A stretch of DNA of 64,000 bases from Nitrososphaeraceae archaeon. Lineage in GTDB: Archaea > Thermoproteota > Nitrososphaeria > Nitrososphaerales > Nitrososphaeraceae. Of the stretch, positions 1-9,771 are shown in pieces. The notes beneath the pieces are model-generated. The model saw only the letters and a program-made list of their open reading frames with translations, had not been told where the DNA came from and did not search any database. Both the position numbers and the translations under genes were made by a program. The stretch spans positions 1-64,000 of the forward strand of contig DATGZA010000075.1 in NCBI GenBank assembly GCA_035297365.1, read 5' to 3'. Position 1 is the first letter of the stretch. Every line of letters starts with the position of its first letter.

Positions 1-108
1 AGGTTCTGTCGAGGATACAGGTTCTGTCGAGGATACAGGTTCTGTCGAGGATACAGGTTCTGTAGAGGATACAGGTTCTGTAGAGGATACAGGTTCTGTA
101 GAGGATAC
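1..108 (+). repeat. 18-bp tandem repeat, at least 6 copies (AGGTTCTGTc/aGAGGATAC), coding (GSVEDT)n in frame with rps2
   Basis: Copies at 1,19,37 (GTC) and 55,73,91 (GTA). Reading from position 2 gives GSVEDT x6, then YPETENLEK-MILSTG with no stop. Confidence 0.95.
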
Positions 109-721
109 ATATCCAGAAACAGAAAATTTAGAAAAGATGATTTTGTCAACCGGAATAAGAGTCGGTACTCCAGTAAAAACCAAATCCATGTCACCCTATA
201 TCATTAGATCTAATCCTGAAGGTCTATACATTTTGGATATAAGTAAAACACTACAACGAATAGATATCGCGGCGAAATTCATAGGCAGAACTGCTATATC
301 CAAGGTAGCCGTAACTTCAGCTAGAGAATATGGCAAGAAACCAGTTGAAAAATTCTGTGAAGCAACGGGTGCTATCCCTATCCTAGGACGTTTTATGCCT
401 GGAACATTTACAAATCCATCATTGCCAAAATATCTAGAACCAGAAATTGTGATTGTGACCGATCCACAGGCTGATCATCAAGCTGTTATAGAATCTACTA
501 GGGCAGGTGTTCCAGTAATTGCTGTTTCAAATAGCGATAATGTCATTTCGAACATAGATCTAGTTATTCCTGCAAACAATAGAGGTAGAAAGGCGTTAGC
601 GACTGTTTATTGGTTACTTGCTAGAGAGGTAATGAAGAAACAAGGAAAGATCAAATCAGATAAAGAGATGAAAGTAAGTATAGATGATTTCGAAACCAAA
701 TTAGTAGAAGAAATGGTTTGA
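2..721 (+). CDS. rps2: 30S ribosomal protein S2 (uS2); frame is open to the window edge, so the start may lie upstream
   Basis: GRFMPGTFTNP, VTDPQADHQAV and IPANNRGRKALA motifs of archaeal uS2; ORF track 137..721. Confidence 0.95.
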   Translation, partial: GSVEDTGSVEDTGSVEDTGSVEDTGSVEDTGSVEDTYPETENLEKMILSTGIRVGTPVKTKSMSPYIIRSNPEGLYILDISKTLQRIDIAAKFIGRTAISKVAVTSAREYGKKPVEKFCEATGAIPILGRFMPGTFTNPSLPKYLEPEIVIVTDPQADHQAVIESTRAGVPVIAVSNSDNVISNIDLVIPANNRGRKALATVYWLLAREVMKKQGKIKSDKEMKVSIDDFETKLVEEMV

Positions 722-1566
722 GAAGTCTAATCAGGTCTCCCAATTTTGCAGGAATATTCTACCCTTCTAAAAAAGATGAACTCTTAGATCTACTTTACAA
801 ATGTTTTTACAAGAGCTATTTTGGTCCGAAAGAAAAATCTAACAAGTTATTCAAACAAAAGATTTATGGATTTGTGGTACCTCATGCAGCATATGAATAC
901 TCTGGATCTATTGCTGCTCAAGCATACTATGAAATTTTAGACTTAAATACAGACACATTCATAATAATTGCACCTGACCATAATGGAATAGGAAGTAAAA
1001 TATCTATCCTAACTCAAGGATCATGGCAAACACCTCTTGGATTTATAAAAATAAATACTGATATTGCATGCAAAATAATGAAAAATTCAACAAAAATTGA
1101 GGTAAATGAAAGTGCTCATAAAATAGAACATTCGATTGAAATACAAATACCCTTTATCCAGTTTTGTAGAAAAAATCAATTCAGAATAGTTCCAATTCTA
1201 GTAAGGGACCAAGATGTAGAAACTGCTATAGAACTAGGAAGATCGATCGCTGAATCAATATACGATAAAGATGTTATCATTATCGCTACCTCGGATTTTA
1301 CTCATTATGAATCCCATGAACAGGCACAGAATAAGGATCTGGAATTAATTAAAACAATAGAAAATTTAGAGATAGATTCATTTTATAGTACGATCAAAGA
1401 TATGAACATTTCTTTGTGTGGACATGGGCCTATTGCTTCATTAGTAAAAGCTGTGCAAATACAAGGAGCAAAAAAAGGCACCCTATTAAAATATGCCACT
1501 AGTGGTGAAATTCAATCAGATTATAGGAATACTGTAGTTGGATATTGTGCAATAGCATTCACATGA
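718..1566 (+). CDS. MEMO1 family / AmmeMemoRadiSam protein B
   Basis: FAGIFYP, VVPHAAYEYSG, EHSIEIQIPF, SDFTHY, VVGY motifs. Confidence 0.9.
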   Translation: MRSLIRSPNFAGIFYPSKKDELLDLLYKCFYKSYFGPKEKSNKLFKQKIYGFVVPHAAYEYSGSIAAQAYYEILDLNTDTFIIIAPDHNGIGSKISILTQGSWQTPLGFIKINTDIACKIMKNSTKIEVNESAHKIEHSIEIQIPFIQFCRKNQFRIVPILVRDQDVETAIELGRSIAESIYDKDVIIIATSDFTHYESHEQAQNKDLELIKTIENLEIDSFYSTIKDMNISLCGHGPIASLVKAVQIQGAKKGTLLKYATSGEIQSDYRNTVVGYCAIAFT

Positions 1567-2558
1567 ACCATAGACACAAAAAGAACACCTCAGCATCAGC
1601 GCCAGGAAAAATAATTCTTTTTGGAGAGCATTTTGTTGTATATGATAAGCCAGCTATTCTTGCATCACTCAATAGAAGAATCTATGTCGAGGCAATTAGA
1701 AAACATTATGGAATAAATAACGAGATAGTAATTAATAATGAATTATTCGGAAATAAATATTATCCTATTTCTATTATTAGTAATTTAAAAGAACAAAAAA
1801 TAATGAGCGATGAATATTATCCAATACTATTCATAATAAAAAAAATTTTTAATGAAAATAAATATAAAGAAGGTTTAGAATTCATTTTCAAATCTGATAT
1901 TCCTTATGGTATGGGCTTGGGTTCCTCTGCTGCTGCAGCAGTTGCTACAGTTGCAGCATTATCAAAGATATTTAATAAGAAAGTCGAAGATAAAAAAATA
2001 TTAAAATTAGCAATAGAAGCTGAAAAATTGGTACACAAGAATTCGTCAGGAGCAGACTGTATAATTTCTGCTCAAGGTGGTCTAATATTCTTTCAGAAGC
2101 ATACTAGATTCAAAAAAGTAGTCCCGAAGAAAGAACTATCATTTATTCTAATAAATACTGGGATTAGGCATTCTACTGGACAGCTTGTAAATATTGTAAA
2201 AAAATATCAACAACAAAATCCAAGAGAGTTTGTTGATCTGTGTAAAACATCAGAAGAAATTACAAAAAGGGCAGCAAGAGCATTAGAAGACGGTGATAAT
2301 ATTATGGTAGGTGAACTAATGACTGAAAATCAAAGATTATTACACAAAATCGGTGTATCTAATAAAATAATTGATAGAATCATTAATTTATGTTCAGGAT
2401 ATGGTGCTCTTGGATCCAAGATAACGGGTGCTGGCGGGGGAGGATGTATTTTGGTATTAACAAAACAAGAGAATAGAGAAAATTTTATATCAAAAATAAG
2501 AAAAGAAGGACTTAAGTATATATCTGTAACTTTAGAAAGTAAAGGACTGTTATATTAA
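1563..2558 (+). CDS. mvk: Mevalonate kinase
   Basis: APGKIILFGEHFVVY, GHMP motif PYGMGLGSSAA, KITGAGGGG. ATG 1563 preferred over track start 1545. Confidence 0.95.
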   Translation: MNHRHKKNTSASAPGKIILFGEHFVVYDKPAILASLNRRIYVEAIRKHYGINNEIVINNELFGNKYYPISIISNLKEQKIMSDEYYPILFIIKKIFNENKYKEGLEFIFKSDIPYGMGLGSSAAAAVATVAALSKIFNKKVEDKKILKLAIEAEKLVHKNSSGADCIISAQGGLIFFQKHTRFKKVVPKKELSFILINTGIRHSTGQLVNIVKKYQQQNPREFVDLCKTSEEITKRAARALEDGDNIMVGELMTENQRLLHKIGVSNKIIDRIINLCSGYGALGSKITGAGGGGCILVLTKQENRENFISKIRKEGLKYISVTLESKGLLY

Positions 2559-2592
2559 AATTTAAATCAAGTGTTTTTTTTCTATCTCTTAA

Positions 2593-3381
2593 TTGAGTAG
2601 CCAAGTTGTTTTAATAAAGTTAGGTGGATCAATTATAACTAATAAAGATAAACCTCTGACTGCAAATCATCATGCAATTTCAGATCTTGCAAAATCCATA
2701 TCAAGAATAAAACGTCCGTTAATATTAGTACATGGTGGAGGTTCATTCGGTCATTACTGGTCAGTTAAATTTGACATGCATACAAAACCAGAAAAATATA
2801 GTTCAAAAGGCATATCAAAAGTGCATTCCTCGATGTTAGATCTTAATAAGATAATTAATGAAATTTTTGAAAAAGAAGGACTTTATCCTTATAGCGTACC
2901 ACCATTTTCGTTCCTAAACAACGGAAAGCCATCAAGACTTAAAATAAAAGAATTAGAAAAAATGACTGAACATAATATTATTCCTATAACATACGGAGAC
3001 GTCGTCCATATGCATGAAAATAAATATTATATACTTTCAGGTGACGTGATTATGAGGTTATTAAGCAATATTTTAAACCCGTACAAAGCTATTTTTACAA
3101 TCAATGTAGATGGGTTGTACAATAACCTAATAGAAAAAAAAATAATACAAGAAATAAAACCATCGAACTTCAATATAAAGAATAAAAAGATAATAATGAA
3201 ACAAATGGGTGAAATCAATGATGTGACAGGAGGTATGAAAAGAAAAGTTGAAGAGGCTATAAAGATTGCTCAACTTGGAAATGATGTTATTTTTCTCAAT
3301 GGATTGCACCCATCTAACCTTGAAAAAGTATTCAAAGGAAAAAAAATCAAAGGTACAATTTTTAAAGCCAATAACAAGTAG
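2593..3381 (+). CDS. ipk: Isopentenyl phosphate kinase
   Basis: IKLGGSIITNK, VHGGGSFGH, DVTGGMKRK; lies between mvk and fni. Confidence 0.92.
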   Translation: MSSQVVLIKLGGSIITNKDKPLTANHHAISDLAKSISRIKRPLILVHGGGSFGHYWSVKFDMHTKPEKYSSKGISKVHSSMLDLNKIINEIFEKEGLYPYSVPPFSFLNNGKPSRLKIKELEKMTEHNIIPITYGDVVHMHENKYYILSGDVIMRLLSNILNPYKAIFTINVDGLYNNLIEKKIIQEIKPSNFNIKNKKIIMKQMGEINDVTGGMKRKVEEAIKIAQLGNDVIFLNGLHPSNLEKVFKGKKIKGTIFKANNK

Positions 3382-3390
3382 TTGAGAGAT

Positions 3391-4479
3391 ATGTCTGATC
3401 GTAAGGAAGAAGAGATTAAAATCATTATGCAACGAAAGAAGGATGGAATAGATATTCCTCTTTCAAATAATGTTCAATCTAGGTTTTCTTCTACCTATTT
3501 AGAATATGTAAAACTAATTCACAACGCATTACCTGAGATTAATTATCAAGATATAGATCTTTCCACCAGTTTCCTAAATCACAAATTTGCATCTCCTATA
3601 ATAATAGATTCAATGACAGGGGGGACACAAGAAGCTTCAAAAATCAATTTGCGCTTAGGAAGGATAGCAGAAAAATACCAACTGGGCATGGGACTTGGAA
3701 GTCAGAGGGCAGGATTAAAAAGTGAGTCCCTGGCGGAAACATATTCTATTGCAAGAAAAAATGCACCATCGGCATTCTTGATAGCAAATATTGGAGGAGC
3801 TCAGCTTGCTGAAGGACTAGATATTAATATGATTGAAAAAATCATTTCGATGATAGAAGCGAATGCTTTAGTTATTCATCTTAACCCGCTACAAGAACTA
3901 ATTCAACCAGAAGGGGAACCTCGTTATAAAGGTGTAGCAGATAAAATATCCTATCTTAAAGAAAAAATAGATGTACCTATTATAGTAAAAGAAGTCGGAT
4001 CAGGAATTTCGAAAGAGGTAGCGGTCAAGTTAGAATACATTGGAGTAAATTGCATCAATATTTCCGGTTCAGGAGGAACGAGTTGGGCAGGAATAGAAGG
4101 GATTCGGGCAGGACGAGCAAAAAATACAATAAAGGAGCATCTTGGAGAATTGTTTTGGGACTGGGGCATTCCTACTGCTCTTAGCCTGATAGAGGTAAAA
4201 AAAGCGGTACAGATTCCATTGATTGCATCAGGAGGAATTAGAAATGGTTTGGAGATCGCGAAATGTTTAGTGTTAGGAGCAAAAATGTGCGCACTAGCAT
4301 ATCCCTTTCTCTATGCAGCTTCCCAATCAGAAGAGAAGCTTGTTGAATTTACAGAATTGATCATTAGTGAACTTAGGAGTGTAATGTTTCTTACAGGCTC
4401 GTCAAATATTTCTCAATTACCAACATTAAGATATATATTAACAGGAGAATTAGCAGATAGGGTTACCAAAAATGAATGA
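3391..4479 (+). CDS. fni: Type 2 isopentenyl-diphosphate delta-isomerase
   Basis: SMTGG, GSQR, HLNPLQELIQPEG, VKEVGSG, GGTSW, ASGGIR. Confidence 0.96.
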   Translation: MSDRKEEEIKIIMQRKKDGIDIPLSNNVQSRFSSTYLEYVKLIHNALPEINYQDIDLSTSFLNHKFASPIIIDSMTGGTQEASKINLRLGRIAEKYQLGMGLGSQRAGLKSESLAETYSIARKNAPSAFLIANIGGAQLAEGLDINMIEKIISMIEANALVIHLNPLQELIQPEGEPRYKGVADKISYLKEKIDVPIIVKEVGSGISKEVAVKLEYIGVNCINISGSGGTSWAGIEGIRAGRAKNTIKEHLGELFWDWGIPTALSLIEVKKAVQIPLIASGGIRNGLEIAKCLVLGAKMCALAYPFLYAASQSEEKLVEFTELIISELRSVMFLTGSSNISQLPTLRYILTGELADRVTKNE

Positions 4480-5473
4480 CGACATTAAAAAGCTCATAGA
4501 ATCTCACATTAACACTGTTAACAACTATCTTGTTTCATTACTAAGAGGTAACCCTCAAGAACTCTACCAGGCATCTTCTCATTACATCATAAGTGGAGGA
4601 AAACGCCTGAGACCTATAATGACAATAAAATCATGCGAAATGTTTGGAGGGTCAGAACAGGATGCTTTGCCAGCTGCATCAGCAGTAGAATTTATTCATA
4701 ATTTTTCCTTAGTGCATGATGACATAATGGATAATGATGATTTTAGACACGGTATACCAACCGTACATAAACATTTTGGTATCCCTTTAGCCATATTATC
4801 AGGAGATATTCTATTTTCAAAAGCATTTCAGATACTGTCATGTAGTAGTAACAATTCGATAAAGGATAGTTCTTTGTTAAATATGGTTCAAAGACTGGCG
4901 ACAGCGTGTATAGATATATGTGAAGGACAATCGCGAGATATGCAACTATCTAGATTAAAATCATTCCCTACAGAAGGAGAGTATATAGAAATGATCTCTA
5001 AAAAAACTGCAGCGCTTTTTGAGGTCTCTTGTTCTCTTGGAGCTCTCTCTTCTAAAGACGCAACAGAAGAAGATGTGAATAATTTAGCATCATTTGGAAG
5101 AAATTCAGGAATCGCCTTCCAATTGATAGACGATTTAATTGGAATTAAAGGTGATTCAAGGGAAACCGGTAAATCAGTTGGCAATGATGTTAGAGAAGGT
5201 AAAAAAACCTTTCCTATTCTTTTATCAATTAAAAATGCTGACTCATACCAGAAACAAAAAATTTTAAATGTTTTTGGAAATAAAGACTCTAGCAGTAATG
5301 AGATGGAGGAAGTGGTAAAAGTAATATCTTCTCTTCGGATAGAACAAATTGTTAGAGATACAGCTATGAATTACATAAAAAAAGCAATGGATTCAATAAC
5401 TAGCTATGACCAATCAAATTCCAAAAAAATACTGCAAGAAATATCTTTTTTTATCATAAATAGGAGTAAGTAA
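4472..5473 (+). CDS. idsA: Geranylgeranyl diphosphate synthase (polyprenyl synthetase)
   Basis: GGKRLRP, HDDIMD (FARM), KKTAALF, FQLIDD, DVREGKKT. Confidence 0.93.
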   Translation: MNDDIKKLIESHINTVNNYLVSLLRGNPQELYQASSHYIISGGKRLRPIMTIKSCEMFGGSEQDALPAASAVEFIHNFSLVHDDIMDNDDFRHGIPTVHKHFGIPLAILSGDILFSKAFQILSCSSNNSIKDSSLLNMVQRLATACIDICEGQSRDMQLSRLKSFPTEGEYIEMISKKTAALFEVSCSLGALSSKDATEEDVNNLASFGRNSGIAFQLIDDLIGIKGDSRETGKSVGNDVREGKKTFPILLSIKNADSYQKQKILNVFGNKDSSSNEMEEVVKVISSLRIEQIVRDTAMNYIKKAMDSITSYDQSNSKKILQEISFFIINRSK

Positions 5474-5474
5474 A

Positions 5475-7202
5475 TTGGAATTTGATGATGATACCTTCAA
5501 TAAAATAAAAATCATCATCTTGAAAAATGCCGTGGAATACCAGGATGCTAGACTTGATGTCGTTATTTCAAAAATAATAGCTATGGATCCGGATTTCATA
5601 AAAGAAATAAAAAAAATAATTCCAAAAATAAAAGAAGAGATTGACAATATAAACGAGTTACCGAAAAAAAATCAAATAGAATTACTAAAAGAAATGGATC
5701 CCACTTATGGACATAAAAAAAGAGATTCCAAGGATAAAAAGGAGTTTAATCTCCCTAGATTGAATAATGCCATAGAAGGTTTCGTTGTAACCAGATTCCC
5801 ACCAGAACCAAATGGATATCCCCATATTGGACATGCAAAAGCAGCAATAATTGACGAAGAATATGCAAGACATTATAAAGGTAAATTTATTTTGAGATTT
5901 GACGATACTAATCCATTAAATGAGAAGATAGAATATTATGATGCGATATTAGAGGGTATAAAATGGCTGAAGATCAATCCAGATATAATCAAGAATACGT
6001 CTGACGATATTAATTTATTACACAAATATGGAAAAGAAATAATAAAATCGGATGGAGCCTACATATGTACCTGCAGACAAGAGACAATTCATAAATTGCG
6101 AGCAAATGGAATCCAATGCAAATGCAGGAAGGATTTGTCTATTACTCTAGAAAATATGGAAAAAATTTTTGATGGCTATTTTCATACAAACGATGCTATT
6201 ATTAGATTCAAAGGAGATATGTCTGGAAAAAATACAGCAATGAGAGATCCAACATTATTCAGAATAATTGAAAAAGAACACCCAAAACTAGGAAATAAGA
6301 TATTTCTTTGGCCTACTTACGATTTTGCTGCACCCATTGAAGATAGTTTGGACGGTGTAACTCATGCATTTAGAACTAAAGAATATGAATTAAGAAATGA
6401 GTTGTATCGCAAGATCTTAAAGATCCTTAAATTGAGGGTACCAGAAGTAATAGAATTTTCCAGATTAGAGTTTGAAGGATTACCCGTCTCAAAGAGAAAA
6501 ATAAAGCCATTAATAGAAAATTCCGTTATCAAAGGTTGGGATGATCCTAGGTTACCAACTTTAATTGCATTTAAAAAAAGAGGATTTACACCTGAGGCAA
6601 TTCGACAATTTGTACTATCACTGGGATTGACCCTGTCAGAGACAAAGCCTTCGATGGAGATCCTTGAATCATTTAATAGGAAAATAATAGAACATGAATC
6701 AAAAAGACTTTTTTTTGTAAACGAACCTTTCAAAATTACTTTAAAAAACTGCCCTCCCCTAGATGTTAAAATAAAGAACCATCCATCTTTGAATATGGGT
6801 ACAAGAAATGTTTCGGTTAAGGATATTATATATATTTCTTCGGTAGATGCCAGAAAGTTAAATATTGAAAGTGAACTCCGCCTAATAGAACTATATAATA
6901 TAGTTATTAAAAAAATAAACTTTGAAGAAAAAGAAGCTTTGGCTGAATACAGCGGAAAAATATTGAGAAGTGATATTCCAAAAATTCAATGGGTATCTAA
7001 TGAAGGTTTTGTTGAATATAAAATTATTAAACCTAATGTATTATTCATTAACGAGAAATTTAATCCGGACAGTCTTAAAATTTTGCATGGATTCGCAGAA
7101 TCTTTTGTGTCTACCTTATCAAAAGATACAAGGATCCAGTTTATAAGAGAAGGATTTTGTAGAATAGAAGACAGCAATACCTCAATATTCACACATAAAT
7201 AG
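5475..7202 (+). CDS. gltX: Glutamate--tRNA ligase
   Basis: TRFPPEPNGYPHIGH, RFDDTNP, VSKR, GWDDPRLPT; TTG start. Confidence 0.97.
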   Translation: MEFDDDTFNKIKIIILKNAVEYQDARLDVVISKIIAMDPDFIKEIKKIIPKIKEEIDNINELPKKNQIELLKEMDPTYGHKKRDSKDKKEFNLPRLNNAIEGFVVTRFPPEPNGYPHIGHAKAAIIDEEYARHYKGKFILRFDDTNPLNEKIEYYDAILEGIKWLKINPDIIKNTSDDINLLHKYGKEIIKSDGAYICTCRQETIHKLRANGIQCKCRKDLSITLENMEKIFDGYFHTNDAIIRFKGDMSGKNTAMRDPTLFRIIEKEHPKLGNKIFLWPTYDFAAPIEDSLDGVTHAFRTKEYELRNELYRKILKILKLRVPEVIEFSRLEFEGLPVSKRKIKPLIENSVIKGWDDPRLPTLIAFKKRGFTPEAIRQFVLSLGLTLSETKPSMEILESFNRKIIEHESKRLFFVNEPFKITLKNCPPLDVKIKNHPSLNMGTRNVSVKDIIYISSVDARKLNIESELRLIELYNIVIKKINFEEKEALAEYSGKILRSDIPKIQWVSNEGFVEYKIIKPNVLFINEKFNPDSLKILHGFAESFVSTLSKDTRIQFIREGFCRIEDSNTSIFTHK

Positions 7203-7210
7203 GTGGAAAA

Positions 7211-8095
7211 ATGAAAATAGCTAGAATAAAAAATAATAAATTTGGAGAAACTTATGGAGTGGTGTCACAAGACTTCAATAAAGTAATTACAAAAACCGAG
7301 ATACAAGAACAAACAGGTGTACCTATACCGCAAAACATAAAGGATTTCATATTTGGAAATTGGATTGATGAATTAAAAAAATACGAAAGTAAATTAGTTT
7401 TTTCATTAAATATAGAAGATGTGGAATTACTCGCACCACTGCCAAACCCCAGTAAAATTATTTGTCTTGCGTTTAATTACTATGATCATGCCCAAGATGC
7501 AGGACTAACTCCCTCTCAAGAACCAGTAATTTTTATAAAGCCAAGAACTGCCTTAAACAACCCATTTGACGATATTCGTTGTCCTGGAAATGTGCAAAGA
7601 CTTGATTATGAAGCCGAAATAGCTGTAATAATCGGTAAAAAAATAAAAAATATTTCACAAGAAGATGCAATGAACTCAATATTTGGATATATGATATTTC
7701 ATGATGTATCTGCAAGGGATATTCAATTTAAAGATAAACAATTTACCAGGGGAAAGAGCATAGACACTTTTGCTCCGTGTGGTCCATGGATTACTACTGT
7801 AGAGGAAGTTAAGGATCCTCAGAGTTTGAGAATAATTACAAAGGTTAACGATGAGATCCGCCAGAATTCCTCTAGTAGTAAAATGGTTATACCAATAAAG
7901 AAGATCATTTCTAGTTTAAGTCAATTAATGACTATAGAAGCAGGTGATATCATTTCAACAGGAACTCCTGCAGGAGTTGCAATGTCTATGAATAATCCAA
8001 AATATCTGAAAGATGGGGATGTTGTAGAAATAAATATTGAAAAATTAGGAAAGATTAGAAATAAAGTTGTTTTTGTAGAAAAAGTCAATTTGTAA
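7211..8095 (+). CDS. Fumarylacetoacetate hydrolase family protein
   Basis: KIICLAFNYYDHA, LDYEAE, DVSARD, GDIISTGTPAG. Confidence 0.92.
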   Translation: MKIARIKNNKFGETYGVVSQDFNKVITKTEIQEQTGVPIPQNIKDFIFGNWIDELKKYESKLVFSLNIEDVELLAPLPNPSKIICLAFNYYDHAQDAGLTPSQEPVIFIKPRTALNNPFDDIRCPGNVQRLDYEAEIAVIIGKKIKNISQEDAMNSIFGYMIFHDVSARDIQFKDKQFTRGKSIDTFAPCGPWITTVEEVKDPQSLRIITKVNDEIRQNSSSSKMVIPIKKIISSLSQLMTIEAGDIISTGTPAGVAMSMNNPKYLKDGDVVEINIEKLGKIRNKVVFVEKVNL

Positions 8096-8398
8096 TCATA
8101 GATCAGTTCGTTGATACTTTTCAACTATTCTATTCAATTGAACAATTTTGGATTCTAACTCTTTAGAATAATATTCATAACATTTTATTAATTCTCCTCG
8201 TACATTAGACAACTGAATAGTAATGTTTAAGGCGTCTAAACAAGATTCGATAGACCGTTCTGTAGCAAAGACCTTCATTTTACTATTAAATTGATCGATA
8301 AGTTTTTTTTGCTCGATTTTTTGCTCGTTTATTGCATTAGCTAGATCTTTATTATTATCAAAATCTCTTGCATTTCTAATATTTGACCAATTTACCAT
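8096..8398 (-). CDS. Hypothetical helical/coiled-coil protein
   Basis: 100-aa ATG ORF filling the gap between convergent and divergent neighbours. Confidence 0.65.
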   Translation of the reverse strand: MVNWSNIRNARDFDNNKDLANAINEQKIEQKKLIDQFNSKMKVFATERSIESCLDALNITIQLSNVRGELIKCYEYYSKELESKIVQLNRIVEKYQRTDL

Positions 8399-8515
8399 CT
8401 ATTTAGTTTTAATCAAGAAAAACAATATTTGTGTTTTGGAAAAAAAATACTTCTAATTTTGTTAAATGTAGAATAACATATATAAAGACTAGAAAGAATA
8501 TTCACGATAGTTCTA

Positions 8516-9358
8516 ATGGTAGTTGAAAATAAAGCAACAGTATCTTATATTAGGGTTTTAAAAGAGGATCTTTGTATTTTACGTATAAAATCAAACGATG
8601 GTCCTATTCCAGATTTTAAGGCTGGTCAGTTTGTAACACTTTCGCATATGAACCCATACGAAGGAAAAATTGTGAGGAGGGCGTATTCTATTGCCTCTCC
8701 ACCTGAACAAAAAAAATATTTTGAATTGCTCATAAGATGGGTTCGTAAACCATTACCAGGTCGACTAACTACTCAATTATTTAATAAAAAAGAAGGTGAG
8801 GAAATTGGTTGGATAAAGCCAACAGGAGCATTTACAATAGATGAGAAAATGCATGATGGATCACCGGATAATAGAAGACTTGTTTTGATTGGTGGTGGAA
8901 CAGGTTTGGCCCCCTTCATTTCTTACACCCTTCACTTAAAAGCTGTAGGAAGTAAAAGGGAAATAGTTGTATTGCATGGAGCTAGTTTTGTTGACGAGCT
9001 AAGTTATAGGGATTTACTTACTGATTTGGAAGAAGAAAGCTTAGACAAAGGAAAAGATAACTGGAATTTTAGATATCGTGCATCCATAAGTAGACCCCAA
9101 GAAGGTTTTAATAGATCATGGGGAGGACAAAAGGGAAGAGTAGAATCATTCTTAAAACCATATCCAGGCACTGACAGATCACCTCTTGAGAAATTAGTAG
9201 GTGAAAAAGTAACTCCTGAAAATACTTCATTTTATGTTTGTGGGTGGCAAGGTACTGTCGATGGTGTTCTTGATTATCTGGTTCCGAAAGGTTTTGTAAC
9301 TGATAGAAACAAAAGACCGGACGGAAATTACGACATAAAGTTTGAATCATATGGTTAA
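8516..9358 (+). CDS. Ferredoxin/flavodoxin-NADP+ reductase-like FAD oxidoreductase
   Basis: FKAGQF, RRAYSIAS, GRLT, GGGTGLAPF, YVCG, C-terminal FESYG. Confidence 0.9.
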   Translation: MVVENKATVSYIRVLKEDLCILRIKSNDGPIPDFKAGQFVTLSHMNPYEGKIVRRAYSIASPPEQKKYFELLIRWVRKPLPGRLTTQLFNKKEGEEIGWIKPTGAFTIDEKMHDGSPDNRRLVLIGGGTGLAPFISYTLHLKAVGSKREIVVLHGASFVDELSYRDLLTDLEEESLDKGKDNWNFRYRASISRPQEGFNRSWGGQKGRVESFLKPYPGTDRSPLEKLVGEKVTPENTSFYVCGWQGTVDGVLDYLVPKGFVTDRNKRPDGNYDIKFESYG

Positions 9359-9375
9359 TTTTTTTATTTTTTGGT

Positions 9376-9714
9376 TTGTTTGAAATGAGGTTTGAATACG
9401 AAGAATTCTTATCTGTAAATGAATTATTGGTTTATATGGCTTCTATTGCACCGTATATGAAACAATTGCTTCCAATTACATGTTATAAAGGTTATATTTT
9501 TTCGCTACTGCCAATATCACAATTGTCAACAGAACATTTAATGATGGTCTACACTAAGGAAGGAATCCAAGAAAATTTACTAGAATTTGATATTTCCTCT
9601 AGAACTCACAAATCAGTTCAATCTGTAGAAAGAGCGGACAAAAATTATTTTGTTGTAATAAGACCCAACTCTGCGACATTAGCTGATAAAGCAATAGAAA
9701 ATTTAGAGAAATAA
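9376..9714 (+). CDS. Hypothetical protein
   Basis: 112-aa ORF directly after the FNR gene, protein-like composition. Confidence 0.65.
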   Translation: MFEMRFEYEEFLSVNELLVYMASIAPYMKQLLPITCYKGYIFSLLPISQLSTEHLMMVYTKEGIQENLLEFDISSRTHKSVQSVERADKNYFVVIRPNSATLADKAIENLEK

Positions 9715-9771
9715 AAAATATTTTTTCGATTTTAATTATTTTATTAGTATTTTATTTGATTTATTTTTCAG

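Noticed and set aside
1-108. Possible CRISPR array
   Set aside because: The units are contiguous 18-mers with no spacers and are in frame with rps2; there are no cas genes.
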